Of a DNA stretch of 64,000 nt, positions 37,152 to 48,935 are shown one piece after another. The notes below the pieces were generated by a model. The model saw only the letters and a program-made list of their open reading frames with translations. It did not search any database and was not told where the DNA came from. Where the stretch lies: positions 64,001 to 128,000 of the IMG/VR virus record IMGVR_UViG_3300028048_001497. One strand, written 5' to 3'. Origin of the DNA: a virus (lineage: Duplodnaviria; Caudoviricetes). Made by a program: the position numbers and the translations under genes. The stretch's first letter is position 1. Each line of letters begins with the position of its first letter.

Positions 37152-40100
37152 ATGGCAGATAATGGTGTTGAAAATAGTAAAATTTTTGATGTAAGCGGTG
37201 TTAATAAAACGAATGAAACAGGAACATCTATAACCGAAGGTGCTACTCAAACAAAAATTAATATGCAGAGTGATTTTACTAGCATTGGCAACAGTATTAA
37301 TGGATTAAAAGATGCTTTAAAATCGGTTCAAAATGTAAGTAATCTGTATAGTATTGACGGAGCATTACAGACAATACAAAAGTTGTCACAACAAATAAAT
37401 GATTTGTCTAATTCAAACAATGTTACATTAGATGGTTCTAGCGAAATACAACATTTAACAAATATTATTCAACAAATACAACAAGAAGAAGCAAATGTTA
37501 AGAATGATTTGGAAACTGCTATAAATGTAGCAATTGATAATTCTGATACGCAAAGAGCAAATGAATATGAACAGGTTTTATCTAAAGCAGAAGATGCCGT
37601 TAGAGAAGTAACAGGCGCATTAACTCAATCTGTCAATAAAATGAGAGATGCTGGGGAGAAAAGCCAAGAAATTATTATACAACAAGCTGAACAATTAAAA
37701 CAATCAGGACATGTTGTATCAACTGCTATAAATGAAGTGGAACAGGCTACCAGCAAAGCGACAGAAAGCACACAAGGATTAGCAGAGCAGACTAAAAATC
37801 AAGTAGCAGATGTTAATGCTTTAATACAAGATTTGGAAAAATCTACAGGAACGACTAGACAATTAATCGATTCTATTTCTGATTTGTCAAAAACGTTCGT
37901 AGAACAAGGCGAAAATGGAATTGCACAAGGGTTAGAAGAATTAAAAACCCAATTAGAAGATACCCAAGCAAATCCTACTTTAGATAGTGTTTCAACTAGT
38001 GTATCTAATATAACAACGTCTGTAAATAATACATTAGCTAATTTGTCTGATTTACAAGCAACTGAAAATGGTTCTAATACAGAAATGTTGATTGGCAGAC
38101 AAAGACTATTAGAAAAAGTTAGAGATAGTTTTAACGATAAACTAGAACAAACGATAGCATTATTACAATTAAAGAACAACAATCATATTTTTGATAAAAA
38201 TATTGAAAATATGCAAAAAACTCTTAGTGAGTTAAATAGTAAATTATCTACTTCATTAGATAATAATCATAATGAATTTTTAAAAGCTATTGATAATGCT
38301 AAAACAAATTTTTTAAATATTCAAAAAAACGCAATAACTAGCGGAACAACTGAATATAATTCTATTAGTCAACAAATGGCTAAAGATAGCCTAGCTGGTA
38401 TTAAATTTAATGATTTAGCATCAGGTGCTAATGACGCTTTAATTTCACTTGAATATTCACAAGGGAAAAATACGCCTTGGTATCAGTATGTAACAACAGG
38501 AAATTTATTAGGAAATAAAACCACTTTAGCACATAATTTTAAAAATACGCAAAGAGAAGCCGTTGCAGCAGATGGTTCTTATCAATCATTAGTTAATGCA
38601 GTTATGAACGGAACGGTTGATAAAGATAATGATAATGCAAAAAAAGCAGAATTAATCGGTAATTTAGCAGGGGACACTTTATCCATGAGTGGTTCTGTCA
38701 GAAATACTGCACAAGGTATGCATTTGTTAGCTGGCGGTGGGAAAAATTTAACTGCTGAAGATAAAAAAGTCTTTGAAACTTTCCAAAAACAGATTGATAA
38801 TTCATTAGAAAATTTAACTAGAACAATTAATGCTATAGAAGATTTAGACCCTAAAAACAAGACATTAAAACAATTACGTGAAGAACAAAAAGCGTTAATT
38901 GATTTAAAGAATAAGGCAGATAAAGCGAAAGAAAGTTCTTCCGCTCTTTCAAACATATTTTCAGATATAGCAAAAGGTTTAGGAAAATTAAAGAGTTTAC
39001 TTGCAGGTGGATTGTCCTTCTTAGGATTAGGAGCATTATTGTCTCCTATGCAAATGATAAGAGGTGCTATTGGGCAAGAAGAAGCTGAAGGTAAACGTAG
39101 ATACCAAGTAGCAATTAATGACTTCTCTATGGGAGCAAATCTTAATGGTGGTCGTATTGCAGATATAGCTCGTTATAGAGCAAATGAATATTTTAAAATG
39201 ACTAACGGTATGGTTAAAGAAGATGATTATCTTAATCATTATAAAACTTTAACACAAACTGTTGGTGGACATTATAATTCTGACCCAAATTCTAATATGC
39301 AAGATATTGCTCAAATGACAGAGAATACTTTTGCATGGGGCTTAACAAATGGTGTAGATGGCTCTACCATTGGTGCTTTTTATAAAAATACATATAAAGA
39401 TTTAGGTATGTCTGCAAGTGAAGCTACACAGGCTTTGGTCAATGTAGGACAAGCTGCACAAGCAGCAGGAATACCTGTAAAACAATATGTATCAACAGTA
39501 AATCAGCTATCATCTAATTTAATTAATCATGGTGTAAGTGCACGTCAAGTTATGGCTACTATGGCACGTTTGACTGTTGGTAGAGGTATGCGTATAGAAG
39601 ATGCATCAGGATTAATTCAAAGTACTGCCAATGCTAATGAAAATATGGCAAAAGATATGAATAATAGTGCTTTTTATGGCATGATGGCAGGCCAAGGTGG
39701 TAATCCTTTTGAATTAATTTTACAAGGATTTAAGCCATATAACAAAGATGGTAGACCAAATGAGGATTATTATTCCATGATGGCTGACCGTGTATTTGCA
39801 CAGGCAGATTTAATGGGAGGTATTGGCGGTAATGGTGCTCTAGGTGGAGTTATGTATATTCAAAACCTTATGAGTCAAGGATATTCAAGAGCACAGGCTT
39901 CACAACTAGAAGATGCAAGAGCACATGGAGATAAAGGATTATTTAGAGATTTAATTAAAAAATTCGATGAAGAAAAAGACGGCGGAAAGACTGCTTATAC
40001 AGAAGCAATAGGAAAAGCAAAAGAACAATTAAAAGCTGCTGGTGACCAAGTTTCTATATTCCAAAAATTAGAAACAGATTTAGTAGAAGCCCAAAAGAAA

Positions 40101-43022
40101 TTAGGTTGGGCTATTAATAAATATTTGTCTGGGCCACTTTCAGAATTTCGTAAAGGATTCGCTAATGTTTTAGATAGATTAACTAAAACTGTTGGTGAAT
40201 TAATGAAAGCTATTGCAGATTTTGTAGGTAAACATGATATACCTGGTGCTATTAGTAATGTAGCTAATTTTGCAGAAGAAAATTCTGCACTTACTGCTAC
40301 TGCTGCGATTGGAGCACCATTAGCTTTAATTGGTGGTGGAGCAGTTGCTAAGAACTTTTTAACCAAATCTATGGCAAATTCTAACTCTAAAGTGGCACAA
40401 AACATATTAAAATATGGTTCAAAAGTGCCAGGAGCAGGAAAAATCGTAGCAGGTGGATTAGCATTAGCGGCTGGTGCAGCAGTACTTGGTTCAGGTGCAT
40501 TATCAGCATTAGTAGGAATGTTTAAAACAGGTGATGCTAAAGCACAAGCAACAAATCAAGGTTCAGAAGCAAATGATGGAATTGCAGAACAAGCGATTCA
40601 AAATTTAAATTCTAGTTTAGAATACAATGCTAATAGTGACGTTGCAAATTCTGAAGGTACTACACCTAGTTCTAGTTATAGTAGCGAGTATGCAAGTGAA
40701 CATGCTGGCGATGAAAACAGTTATTATTATGGTACAGGATGGTCAGAAGATTATAGTCAAATTGACTCTGCTTTAATAGATAAAAAAGGAGACTATAATG
40801 AAAGTCTAAGTAATGCAGAATTTTTAAATCAATCTATCAAAGAACGCTATGGCGATGAAATAGAGAATTATAAAATAGCAAATCCAAATGATGTTTATGT
40901 AAATGCAAATACAGGTGAAGCTGCAGAAGATTGGGAACAACGTGAAAAAAATCTTGACAAAACAACATTAATTAATAATGCAGGATTAATCGCAGGTGGA
41001 ACGATTGCAGTTCCTGGTGCAGCTGCATTGGCAGTTGCTAAAAAATATAATTTGATTAATAAAGATAGATGGGATGCATTAAATAATGTTGCAAAAAAAG
41101 GCAAATGGTGGTCAAGATTTGCCAAATTAGGTAAATTTGGCGGTCCTCTTGGAGCTGGGATTACTCTTGCAGACGAAATAATTAACGAATTTAGTGACGA
41201 AAATAGCGATAACTATAGTATGGGACAACACGTAGCAAGAGTTGCTTTTAGAGGTGGCGGTGCAATTGCAGGTGGTCTAGCAGGTGCAAAATTAGGAGCT
41301 TTAGCAGGTTCTTTGGTTGGCCCAGCTGGTACTATTGTTGGAGGATTTTTAGGTGGTACGGCAGGTGCTCTAATTGGTGGATTTGCAGGAGAAGGATTAC
41401 AAAATTCATCTGTTGGTGATGCATTAGGAATTTCAGATAAATCTGCCATTAAAACTGCCCATGATTCTTATGCTGCAAAAGTAAAACAATCAGCTAGTTT
41501 ATATGGTGATGCAACAAAGAGCATAGTTTCATCTAATGATAATAGACAAAAAGCAGCTGCGCGTGCTCTTTCTGAACATGGAATTAAATTGGAAGATTTA
41601 ACAAATGACCAAGAACAATACATTAATAATGTATATAATGATTTAAAGTCTCGTGGATTGGCAGATGAAGTTGCTGCGTTTGTTGCAGGATTAGCTGCAG
41701 GTACAGTAGCAGATAAGCAAAAAAATGATGCAGAATATGCTTTTAATAATGATGAAATATCAAAAGGCAAAGGAATGAAAAAAACGGCAGAGGTTGCAGC
41801 TAATGAGTGGATGACAGATGAACAAAAAGAACAAGGATTTGAAAGTTTAGACCCAAATGAATTATCAGGGCATGATACAACTTGGTCTTTGAAACTCGGA
41901 GGTATGTATTTAGAAGATGGTGGGAAAGATAATAATCTTTCTATAGAAGAAAAGAAACAACGCTTAAGTTTGTTAGGTCAAATTATGGGTGGAACGAATG
42001 CTGGTTCTGGTGAAGATAAAATTGCAAATGCTATTATGAATGATAGCGATTGGACAGATATAGCCGGTCATTTAGTTTCAGGTCCATTTAGAAACGGAGA
42101 TAGAGCAACAATAGCTAATATATTCCAAGATTCTAATTTAGAAAATTTTAGTGATGAAGATATTAATAAAGCATATAATATGGCTTATAATGAAGTTGCT
42201 TATGTTTCGTCTACACAAAATGAAGATGCCATAAAGAAAAATATGGAAAGCGTTGTCTCTACTACGCCTAATCCTAAAGATGTTGGAGACAAAATGCAAC
42301 TCAACAAGCCAAATCCTCCTGATAATCCAAATAAGGATAAGGATAAAGAACAACCTAAGAAAAATGAAAAACAAGGTGGAACTCTTGAAAGCAATATGGA
42401 TAATGCTATGAAAAACATAGAAAATATGCAAGGACAAATTGGTGAATTAGCAGGACTAAAAAATAGAGATTTGTTAAGAGATAAAATTGCTACAGGTCAA
42501 TTGCTTTTAGATGGTGCAACTGCTTTATCATCAAACGGCAAAATGTTATCTTTGCGTGGAGCTAGAGATTTGTTTAGAGCTTATTCTGGTGTAAGAGATA
42601 ATGATTTGTATGGTTCTAGCTTGCAAGGTGCATATGGTCCAAAAGGTGAAATTTTAGAAGGCGCTGGAGTATTTGATATTGGCAGAAAAATGGATGAAAA
42701 ACAACATGTAGCGTTTAAAAAATATACTGCTAGTTCTGAATATCGTAGAGACACAAGTGGACTAGATAGTGCTATGGAAGCCTTAAAACAATCCTATGAT
42801 AAAGTCCACGAACAAAATAGAGAAATTTATGATACAAAAAAAGAAGAACAAGCCAAAAAAGAAATGGAAAAGAATCAACAAATATATAAAAGTGCAGAAA
42901 TTAATATAATCAACAATAGAAAAGACGTTTATATTAATCAAGCAAAACCAATAGCAGAAACTTCTGAAGCTCAAAAAGTTGCTGAGGATAATGCAGCAAA
43001 GGCACAAGCAGGAGTTAGTTAA
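37152..43022 (+). CDS. tape-measure-like protein 1
   Basis: 1956 aa, helical Q/N/A-rich, hydrophobic GG-rich segments, follows a chaperone. Confidence 0.8.
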   Translation: MADNGVENSKIFDVSGVNKTNETGTSITEGATQTKINMQSDFTSIGNSINGLKDALKSVQNVSNLYSIDGALQTIQKLSQQINDLSNSNNVTLDGSSEIQHLTNIIQQIQQEEANVKNDLETAINVAIDNSDTQRANEYEQVLSKAEDAVREVTGALTQSVNKMRDAGEKSQEIIIQQAEQLKQSGHVVSTAINEVEQATSKATESTQGLAEQTKNQVADVNALIQDLEKSTGTTRQLIDSISDLSKTFVEQGENGIAQGLEELKTQLEDTQANPTLDSVSTSVSNITTSVNNTLANLSDLQATENGSNTEMLIGRQRLLEKVRDSFNDKLEQTIALLQLKNNNHIFDKNIENMQKTLSELNSKLSTSLDNNHNEFLKAIDNAKTNFLNIQKNAITSGTTEYNSISQQMAKDSLAGIKFNDLASGANDALISLEYSQGKNTPWYQYVTTGNLLGNKTTLAHNFKNTQREAVAADGSYQSLVNAVMNGTVDKDNDNAKKAELIGNLAGDTLSMSGSVRNTAQGMHLLAGGGKNLTAEDKKVFETFQKQIDNSLENLTRTINAIEDLDPKNKTLKQLREEQKALIDLKNKADKAKESSSALSNIFSDIAKGLGKLKSLLAGGLSFLGLGALLSPMQMIRGAIGQEEAEGKRRYQVAINDFSMGANLNGGRIADIARYRANEYFKMTNGMVKEDDYLNHYKTLTQTVGGHYNSDPNSNMQDIAQMTENTFAWGLTNGVDGSTIGAFYKNTYKDLGMSASEATQALVNVGQAAQAAGIPVKQYVSTVNQLSSNLINHGVSARQVMATMARLTVGRGMRIEDASGLIQSTANANENMAKDMNNSAFYGMMAGQGGNPFELILQGFKPYNKDGRPNEDYYSMMADRVFAQADLMGGIGGNGALGGVMYIQNLMSQGYSRAQASQLEDARAHGDKGLFRDLIKKFDEEKDGGKTAYTEAIGKAKEQLKAAGDQVSIFQKLETDLVEAQKKLGWAINKYLSGPLSEFRKGFANVLDRLTKTVGELMKAIADFVGKHDIPGAISNVANFAEENSALTATAAIGAPLALIGGGAVAKNFLTKSMANSNSKVAQNILKYGSKVPGAGKIVAGGLALAAGAAVLGSGALSALVGMFKTGDAKAQATNQGSEANDGIAEQAIQNLNSSLEYNANSDVANSEGTTPSSSYSSEYASEHAGDENSYYYGTGWSEDYSQIDSALIDKKGDYNESLSNAEFLNQSIKERYGDEIENYKIANPNDVYVNANTGEAAEDWEQREKNLDKTTLINNAGLIAGGTIAVPGAAALAVAKKYNLINKDRWDALNNVAKKGKWWSRFAKLGKFGGPLGAGITLADEIINEFSDENSDNYSMGQHVARVAFRGGGAIAGGLAGAKLGALAGSLVGPAGTIVGGFLGGTAGALIGGFAGEGLQNSSVGDALGISDKSAIKTAHDSYAAKVKQSASLYGDATKSIVSSNDNRQKAAARALSEHGIKLEDLTNDQEQYINNVYNDLKSRGLADEVAAFVAGLAAGTVADKQKNDAEYAFNNDEISKGKGMKKTAEVAANEWMTDEQKEQGFESLDPNELSGHDTTWSLKLGGMYLEDGGKDNNLSIEEKKQRLSLLGQIMGGTNAGSGEDKIANAIMNDSDWTDIAGHLVSGPFRNGDRATIANIFQDSNLENFSDEDINKAYNMAYNEVAYVSSTQNEDAIKKNMESVVSTTPNPKDVGDKMQLNKPNPPDNPNKDKDKEQPKKNEKQGGTLESNMDNAMKNIENMQGQIGELAGLKNRDLLRDKIATGQLLLDGATALSSNGKMLSLRGARDLFRAYSGVRDNDLYGSSLQGAYGPKGEILEGAGVFDIGRKMDEKQHVAFKKYTASSEYRRDTSGLDSAMEALKQSYDKVHEQNREIYDTKKEEQAKKEMEKNQQIYKSAEINIINNRKDVYINQAKPIAETSEAQKVAEDNAAKAQAGVS

Positions 43023-43043
43023 TAAAACAAGGGGTTATGTGAT

Positions 43044-46000
43044 ATGGATTACACCGAAAAATTACAACAAAAGACAAGCATTGACAAAAAAATAGCGGAA
43101 ATCTCTGACGGTGTAAGAATGGCACTTAACGAAAAACAAGCACTTGTAACAGAATTTCTTTCAAATGAAGATAATTTAGGCAAGAATGTCAAAAAAGAAT
43201 TTGAAGGTTTTGGAGACACTATTAATAAATTATCTACTATTTTAAATGTTTTTGCAAAATTACAACAATCTAGTCAATCAGGATTTATTGCAAACAATGT
43301 TAAAATGCAGGAAGATTTTTTATCGTCTTTAAGAACAATCCAAGATATGATTAAAAACGATGAAAATCTTAAACATACATTAATTAGTGTGCAAACTGGT
43401 GATGGTAAAAAAAGACAAGTATTTCGATTAATCAATAATTTTGGTAATATGATTGACGAGTTTCAAAACGAAACAGATATATCTAAATTACAATCATTAC
43501 CATTATTAAATAATTTTGATTTATCTACAATTGGTAGTGAAGATTTAAAACATATTTATGAAGCATATCAATCTCCGAATCAAATAGTTGATGTAAATGG
43601 TACAACAAAAACTTTATTTGATTTGGTTAATAATCAGTATGTAAATAAAATTTCAGATATTATTGAAAGAGCTACACATCAAGTAAAATACGCAAAAGAA
43701 GAAACACATAAAACATCAAATCAGATTTTACTAGAATTGGTCAATCAAGTAAAAGATGAAAAGTTTAGTGGTAAAACAGAAAAAGAACAAAAAGAAATAA
43801 TAAATCAACTGTTTCGTCTCAAATCATATGCAGATAAAGTAGTTGAAGAATATAGTCAAACTCCAATTGATACAAATCAAGGGAATTATGATAAAATTAA
43901 TCAATTTATTCGTTTGGCAAAAGATATTCAAAAAGAATTAGACGAACAACAAGAAGAAGAAGAAAATAAGAAAAAAACAGATGTAGATAAATTTAATAAT
44001 ATACAGGGGTTTATTGCCAATTTCTTTAGTACGATTTATGATGAAGAAACTAAAGGAACGGTAACTGATTTAAATGCATTGAATGAAGTATTAACACAAG
44101 GTTCATTTCGTGGTAAAATAAATAATCTTGCGGATGAAATGAATTATGCTAATACAAGTATAAATGATGATAATAAAGGAAAAAAAGAAAAATACGATGC
44201 AATTATTCAACAACAAAGAACACAGGTAGCTACAAAAACTTCTTTTGATAATAAAGCATTAACGGATATATCTTCTTATTTAAAAATTAATCCGACAGAC
44301 AATGATTTATTTGATGTAAGTAATGCACAGTTTGCTAATGTTGTTGATAATGTTCGTAGGAAAAACGTAGCTTTTAATAATTTAACAAAAGACTTTTTTG
44401 GTAATACTTCTTTAACTTTTAGAGCAAATGAAAATAGTAGTTTGCTAAAACCAATGATGGTTGGTGCTTATGATGTTACAAAAGCAAATAGAGAAATGCT
44501 TTCACAAGTAAGTACAAATCCAATTAGTTATGCTTTATTTACAAATGATGAAGATAAACAAAAATTACAAGAATTGTCTCAAACTGTCCATCAAACGGTA
44601 GATAAATTAAACAAAATATTGTTTGCTTATTCTAATTTGGAACAAAAACCGAATGAATATTATAAATTAAAAGATGAAAAAGAAGCACTCGAATTACAAT
44701 TACATCATATAGATGATTTACAACAATCTTTAAATGGGTTTGCAGATACATTAAGATATTTAAGAATATTTAAAGACAAGATGCTAGGTTTATTAGCAGG
44801 TGGTTTATCATTTCTAGGTATTGGTGCAATTTTACATCCATTACAGATGTTACACGATGTTACAGAACAGGCAAAACAAAATGGTCAAATGCGTTATAAT
44901 ATTGCTTTAACTGATACTGCATTTGGTGCAAATCCAAGTCAAAGCAATATTTATGATTTAAGCTATTACGCTCCGTCACATTATTTTATGGCTACTTATG
45001 GACAAATACCATATCAAACAGTAAGTGAAATGTATCGTGGATTTCAATCTTCTATTGGTGGACAATATGGTAACGGTCCTGAAGCTAACCGTAGAGATAT
45101 GGCATGGCTATCAAAAAATTTAGTCCCAGATAAAGTACTTTTAAATGTTGATAGTGGCAATTTACAAAGTTTTATGAAAACTTTTTATCGTGACATGAGA
45201 ATGTCTGCGCAAGATGCTACGATTAAATTAAGGTCTTTAGAAACATTTGCTCAAAATAACGGCATACCTGTAAATAATTTACTTCAAGCATTTAATTCAA
45301 GTAATGAAGCTATGCGCCAATTAGGTATGAACCAAGAAAAATATTTGGATGCTATGACTTCATTAATTGGAGTAAATAATATGCGTATGGAGGATGCAAA
45401 TGCATTAGTTCAACAAACTGCTCATAATACTGGTACATTCGCAGAAGATTGGTCCAGGAATATGTTTTGGGGATTATGGAAAAATCCTGAAAAATCATCA
45501 TTTGATGTGCTATTATCAGGATATAAATCGCATGATAGAAATGGTAAACCAATAGATTCATATTATGATAATTTAATTGATAGAATGTTCGCGGAACAAG
45601 ATTTCTTTGGTTCTCGTTTTGGTGGTATTCATACAACAATGGGACAAGTAAGTGCATTTAATAAAATCTTAGAACAAGGTTACACTATTAAACAAGCACA
45701 AGAGATTGTTCAATTAAAAGAAGAAGGTCGTAATGAGGAATTAAAAGAAAAATTAAAAGGTTGGGATAAATTAAAAAATGACCCTATGGCTTTACCACAT
45801 ACGACACAAGAATATACTGCTCAATTACATCAGGCAGGAGAACAATTAAGTGAATTTACAAAAATTCAAGCTACTTACAAACAATTTATTAATAACATTT
45901 CTTTCTTATTAGAAACTACCATGTCAAAAGAGTTGGAAATTGGATTAAAAGCATTAGAAAAAATTATTGATACATTTACTTCTGTTATGGTAGAAATAAT

Positions 46001-48935
46001 AAGACAGATTGGTGGGTTCTTTAATTCTCCATTGGGGAAAGCATATATGAACTCGTTTAAAAGTTCTCCATTTTTAACTATTGGCGGTACATTATTGGGT
46101 GCAGTTGCTTTAAGAAAAGGAGCAGGGTATCTTGTTAAGGGTGGTTTTAATGCGTTAAAAAATGTTGCTATGGGAAAACCATCAGGAATAAGTAAGGCAA
46201 AAGTTTTGGGTGGCGGTGCAGTAGCTCTATTAGGTGCAGGTGGTCTTGCATGGAATCAATATGAAGGATTGCAAGAACAAGCAAATAAATTAGGAGAAAA
46301 ACCACCACAAAACGAATTGGCAGAAATGTTTGCCAATGGTACTGCTAAAATGCAATTAATTATTAATCCTGATAAAAAAGATTATACAATTTTAAAGTAT
46401 GCAAGTTTGTTGGCTTTAGCAGGTGTTCCTATTTATTTGATTTCTCGATTGTTAAATAAAATGTCATTGAAAGGTAAAACAAAATATGCAAATGAATTAA
46501 AACTTTTAAGACATTTATCTAAAAATTCAAATAGACAATTAAAAGCATTTACAAATCCAAGAAAAACACGTAGATTTGCAAAATTAAGACAACAATTAAA
46601 AGAACATAAAAAACTAACTAGAAGAAAGTTTCAAAAATATCAAAGAGAACGTAAATTATATGTGCAACAAATAAAAAAAGCGAGAGCAATACAAAAGCAT
46701 AATCAAATAATTCGAGCAAGAATACAAGCTAAAAGAAAACTTGCTAGAGAAAAACTTGCACAACATTTGAAATGGTCAAAAAGATTTAAATATGCAAAAC
46801 GTAGTGGCTTGTTAGCAATTGGAGCTGCGTTTTTAACAAGTTTATTTGATAAAGATGTAAGAAATAGTACTATTGGTTCTATTGATGCAGGTTTAGCAGG
46901 TGCTTTTATTGGTGGTGCTTTAGGTGGTACAAAAGGAGCTATGCTTGGTGGTGCAATTGGAGCAGGTGCGTCTGAATTGTTACAGACAAATGATGAAAAA
47001 GCAAGTCAAGCATTGGCGAGTGAAATGAAACAAGAAGCAGAAATGCAGAAAGATGATAGTTTAGCAGGTCTAGTTCTTGATTCACCATCTAAAAAACAAA
47101 CAGAAACGCAACAATATAAAGCTAGTCATGCAGATGAACAATCTAAAAAACAATCAAAACAATTTAATCAATATGTTAATTACAAAAAAGCAGAAACAGA
47201 AGCATATAACAAAGAAAAAGAAATGGAAATACAACGTAAAACCATTGATGATTCATCTGAAATGATTAATGCGACAAATGATTTGTATACACAAGAAAAA
47301 CGTCAAAGTTTAGAATCTCATGGTATTCAATGGGGACAAGTTGCAACTCATGAAAAACAAATTTGGCAAACAACTTATGAAAATTTCTTAGCAGTTTATC
47401 AAGATAGAAAAATGGCATTGGAAATGGCTGCGAAAGCACTCATAGCTTGTAAGAGTATGGGTGGCGGTAGTGGAATAAATGGTGCTCCAACATCATTTGT
47501 TGAATATGGTAATAGAATGTTACAAAGTGCTCCACCAGAAATACGTCAAATGATAAAAAATGCGCATGATAAATATCCAAATGTTCCTGAGTTTGTTATT
47601 GCGGCAATTGCCGCACATGAAAGCGGATTTCAAAATGTAATGAATGGTCAAGGCTCTGGTGCAACAGGTATGATGCAAATAATGCCTGGTACAGCCGCAG
47701 GTGTTGGATATGGAGATACAGATAGATTACTTCATGACCCACAATATAATTTAATGGCAGGTACAGCATATGTAAGCACTTTAGCATCTAATTATGATTC
47801 ATGGGCAAAAACTATAGCTGCATATAGTTTAGGTGGTGGAGCGATTGATGGTTTAATTAAAAAATATGGAAATGATTGGTATAGACATTTGGAAGAAGCA
47901 GATGAAGCGTCAGGTGTACCTGGTCAAACAACAAATTATTTAAAAAGTTTGGGATTAATGGATGAAAATGGAAATTTAAAACCTGAAAATGCAAGTTCCG
48001 TATCTATATCTCCTAGTGTGTCTAGTCCTCCAGGCGCAGAATATAGTGGGGATTTAGGTGTTGATTTTTCTCATTTAAGATGGAGTGGATTCGTAGCAGA
48101 AAAAGGATGGGACCATAGTTATGATGCACATGCAAATTCTGCACAATATATTGCCATGGATATTGGTAGATTAACTCCAAAAGCGAAACAAAGATTAAAT
48201 GCATTAACACAATTATATGCAAAATATAGTAATGGTGGAACATTAGAATGGAACGTAGCTACATTAGGGCATGACCCTGGTACGGCACATACTACAGGAA
48301 GAAAAATTGATATTGCTAGTGGTGGAGTTAATGAAGAAGCACTAATTAAAGCAGGTAATGAAGCTCATGTTGGTGTAGATAGAGAAGACCCTTATCACTA
48401 TGATTTGTTATTAGAAGGTACAGGTTCAAATCATTTGGGACCAGTTATAACAGAAAGATTTTCTTGGGATGATGCAAATTCAAATGGTGATTCAGGAGCA
48501 AATCCAAAATTAAATCTTAATTTGAATCTTGAAGATATAAAACCAAAAACATTAAAAGAACAATGGGATGACAGTTGGAAAGCGTATAAAAAAGCAGTTC
48601 ATAATGGTAAAGCAAAGCATGGTGCTCTAGTTAATGGTGTTTATATTGATACATCAAAACCATATCAATCTATTGAAGCAATAGGAAAAGAAATAAGAGA
48701 AAAAAATAGAAAACAATGGGGTGGATTGGAGGATTATGTAAAAGAAAAAGATAAACAAAGTAATTTTAATGGAATAAAACAACAACAAGAAGTATTAGAC
48801 CATGAAGATATTCAAATGAAACTAACCAGAGAACAAATGGATTCAAATCAAATTGTTAATTTTGTTAAGGATGTTAAAGACGCTTTAAGTGCTTTGTATG
48901 AACCATCAGGCTTTAATGTAGCTTGTGTTGTATAA
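43044..48935 (+). CDS. tape-measure-like protein 2 with lytic transglycosylase (SLT) and M15-peptidase-like domains
   Basis: AHESG...GATGMMQIMPGTA...AAYSLG; HTTGRKID...HYD; shared core with TMP1 and TMP3. Confidence 0.8.
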   Translation: MDYTEKLQQKTSIDKKIAEISDGVRMALNEKQALVTEFLSNEDNLGKNVKKEFEGFGDTINKLSTILNVFAKLQQSSQSGFIANNVKMQEDFLSSLRTIQDMIKNDENLKHTLISVQTGDGKKRQVFRLINNFGNMIDEFQNETDISKLQSLPLLNNFDLSTIGSEDLKHIYEAYQSPNQIVDVNGTTKTLFDLVNNQYVNKISDIIERATHQVKYAKEETHKTSNQILLELVNQVKDEKFSGKTEKEQKEIINQLFRLKSYADKVVEEYSQTPIDTNQGNYDKINQFIRLAKDIQKELDEQQEEEENKKKTDVDKFNNIQGFIANFFSTIYDEETKGTVTDLNALNEVLTQGSFRGKINNLADEMNYANTSINDDNKGKKEKYDAIIQQQRTQVATKTSFDNKALTDISSYLKINPTDNDLFDVSNAQFANVVDNVRRKNVAFNNLTKDFFGNTSLTFRANENSSLLKPMMVGAYDVTKANREMLSQVSTNPISYALFTNDEDKQKLQELSQTVHQTVDKLNKILFAYSNLEQKPNEYYKLKDEKEALELQLHHIDDLQQSLNGFADTLRYLRIFKDKMLGLLAGGLSFLGIGAILHPLQMLHDVTEQAKQNGQMRYNIALTDTAFGANPSQSNIYDLSYYAPSHYFMATYGQIPYQTVSEMYRGFQSSIGGQYGNGPEANRRDMAWLSKNLVPDKVLLNVDSGNLQSFMKTFYRDMRMSAQDATIKLRSLETFAQNNGIPVNNLLQAFNSSNEAMRQLGMNQEKYLDAMTSLIGVNNMRMEDANALVQQTAHNTGTFAEDWSRNMFWGLWKNPEKSSFDVLLSGYKSHDRNGKPIDSYYDNLIDRMFAEQDFFGSRFGGIHTTMGQVSAFNKILEQGYTIKQAQEIVQLKEEGRNEELKEKLKGWDKLKNDPMALPHTTQEYTAQLHQAGEQLSEFTKIQATYKQFINNISFLLETTMSKELEIGLKALEKIIDTFTSVMVEIIRQIGGFFNSPLGKAYMNSFKSSPFLTIGGTLLGAVALRKGAGYLVKGGFNALKNVAMGKPSGISKAKVLGGGAVALLGAGGLAWNQYEGLQEQANKLGEKPPQNELAEMFANGTAKMQLIINPDKKDYTILKYASLLALAGVPIYLISRLLNKMSLKGKTKYANELKLLRHLSKNSNRQLKAFTNPRKTRRFAKLRQQLKEHKKLTRRKFQKYQRERKLYVQQIKKARAIQKHNQIIRARIQAKRKLAREKLAQHLKWSKRFKYAKRSGLLAIGAAFLTSLFDKDVRNSTIGSIDAGLAGAFIGGALGGTKGAMLGGAIGAGASELLQTNDEKASQALASEMKQEAEMQKDDSLAGLVLDSPSKKQTETQQYKASHADEQSKKQSKQFNQYVNYKKAETEAYNKEKEMEIQRKTIDDSSEMINATNDLYTQEKRQSLESHGIQWGQVATHEKQIWQTTYENFLAVYQDRKMALEMAAKALIACKSMGGGSGINGAPTSFVEYGNRMLQSAPPEIRQMIKNAHDKYPNVPEFVIAAIAAHESGFQNVMNGQGSGATGMMQIMPGTAAGVGYGDTDRLLHDPQYNLMAGTAYVSTLASNYDSWAKTIAAYSLGGGAIDGLIKKYGNDWYRHLEEADEASGVPGQTTNYLKSLGLMDENGNLKPENASSVSISPSVSSPPGAEYSGDLGVDFSHLRWSGFVAEKGWDHSYDAHANSAQYIAMDIGRLTPKAKQRLNALTQLYAKYSNGGTLEWNVATLGHDPGTAHTTGRKIDIASGGVNEEALIKAGNEAHVGVDREDPYHYDLLLEGTGSNHLGPVITERFSWDDANSNGDSGANPKLNLNLNLEDIKPKTLKEQWDDSWKAYKKAVHNGKAKHGALVNGVYIDTSKPYQSIEAIGKEIREKNRKQWGGLEDYVKEKDKQSNFNGIKQQQEVLDHEDIQMKLTREQMDSNQIVNFVKDVKDALSALYEPSGFNVACVV

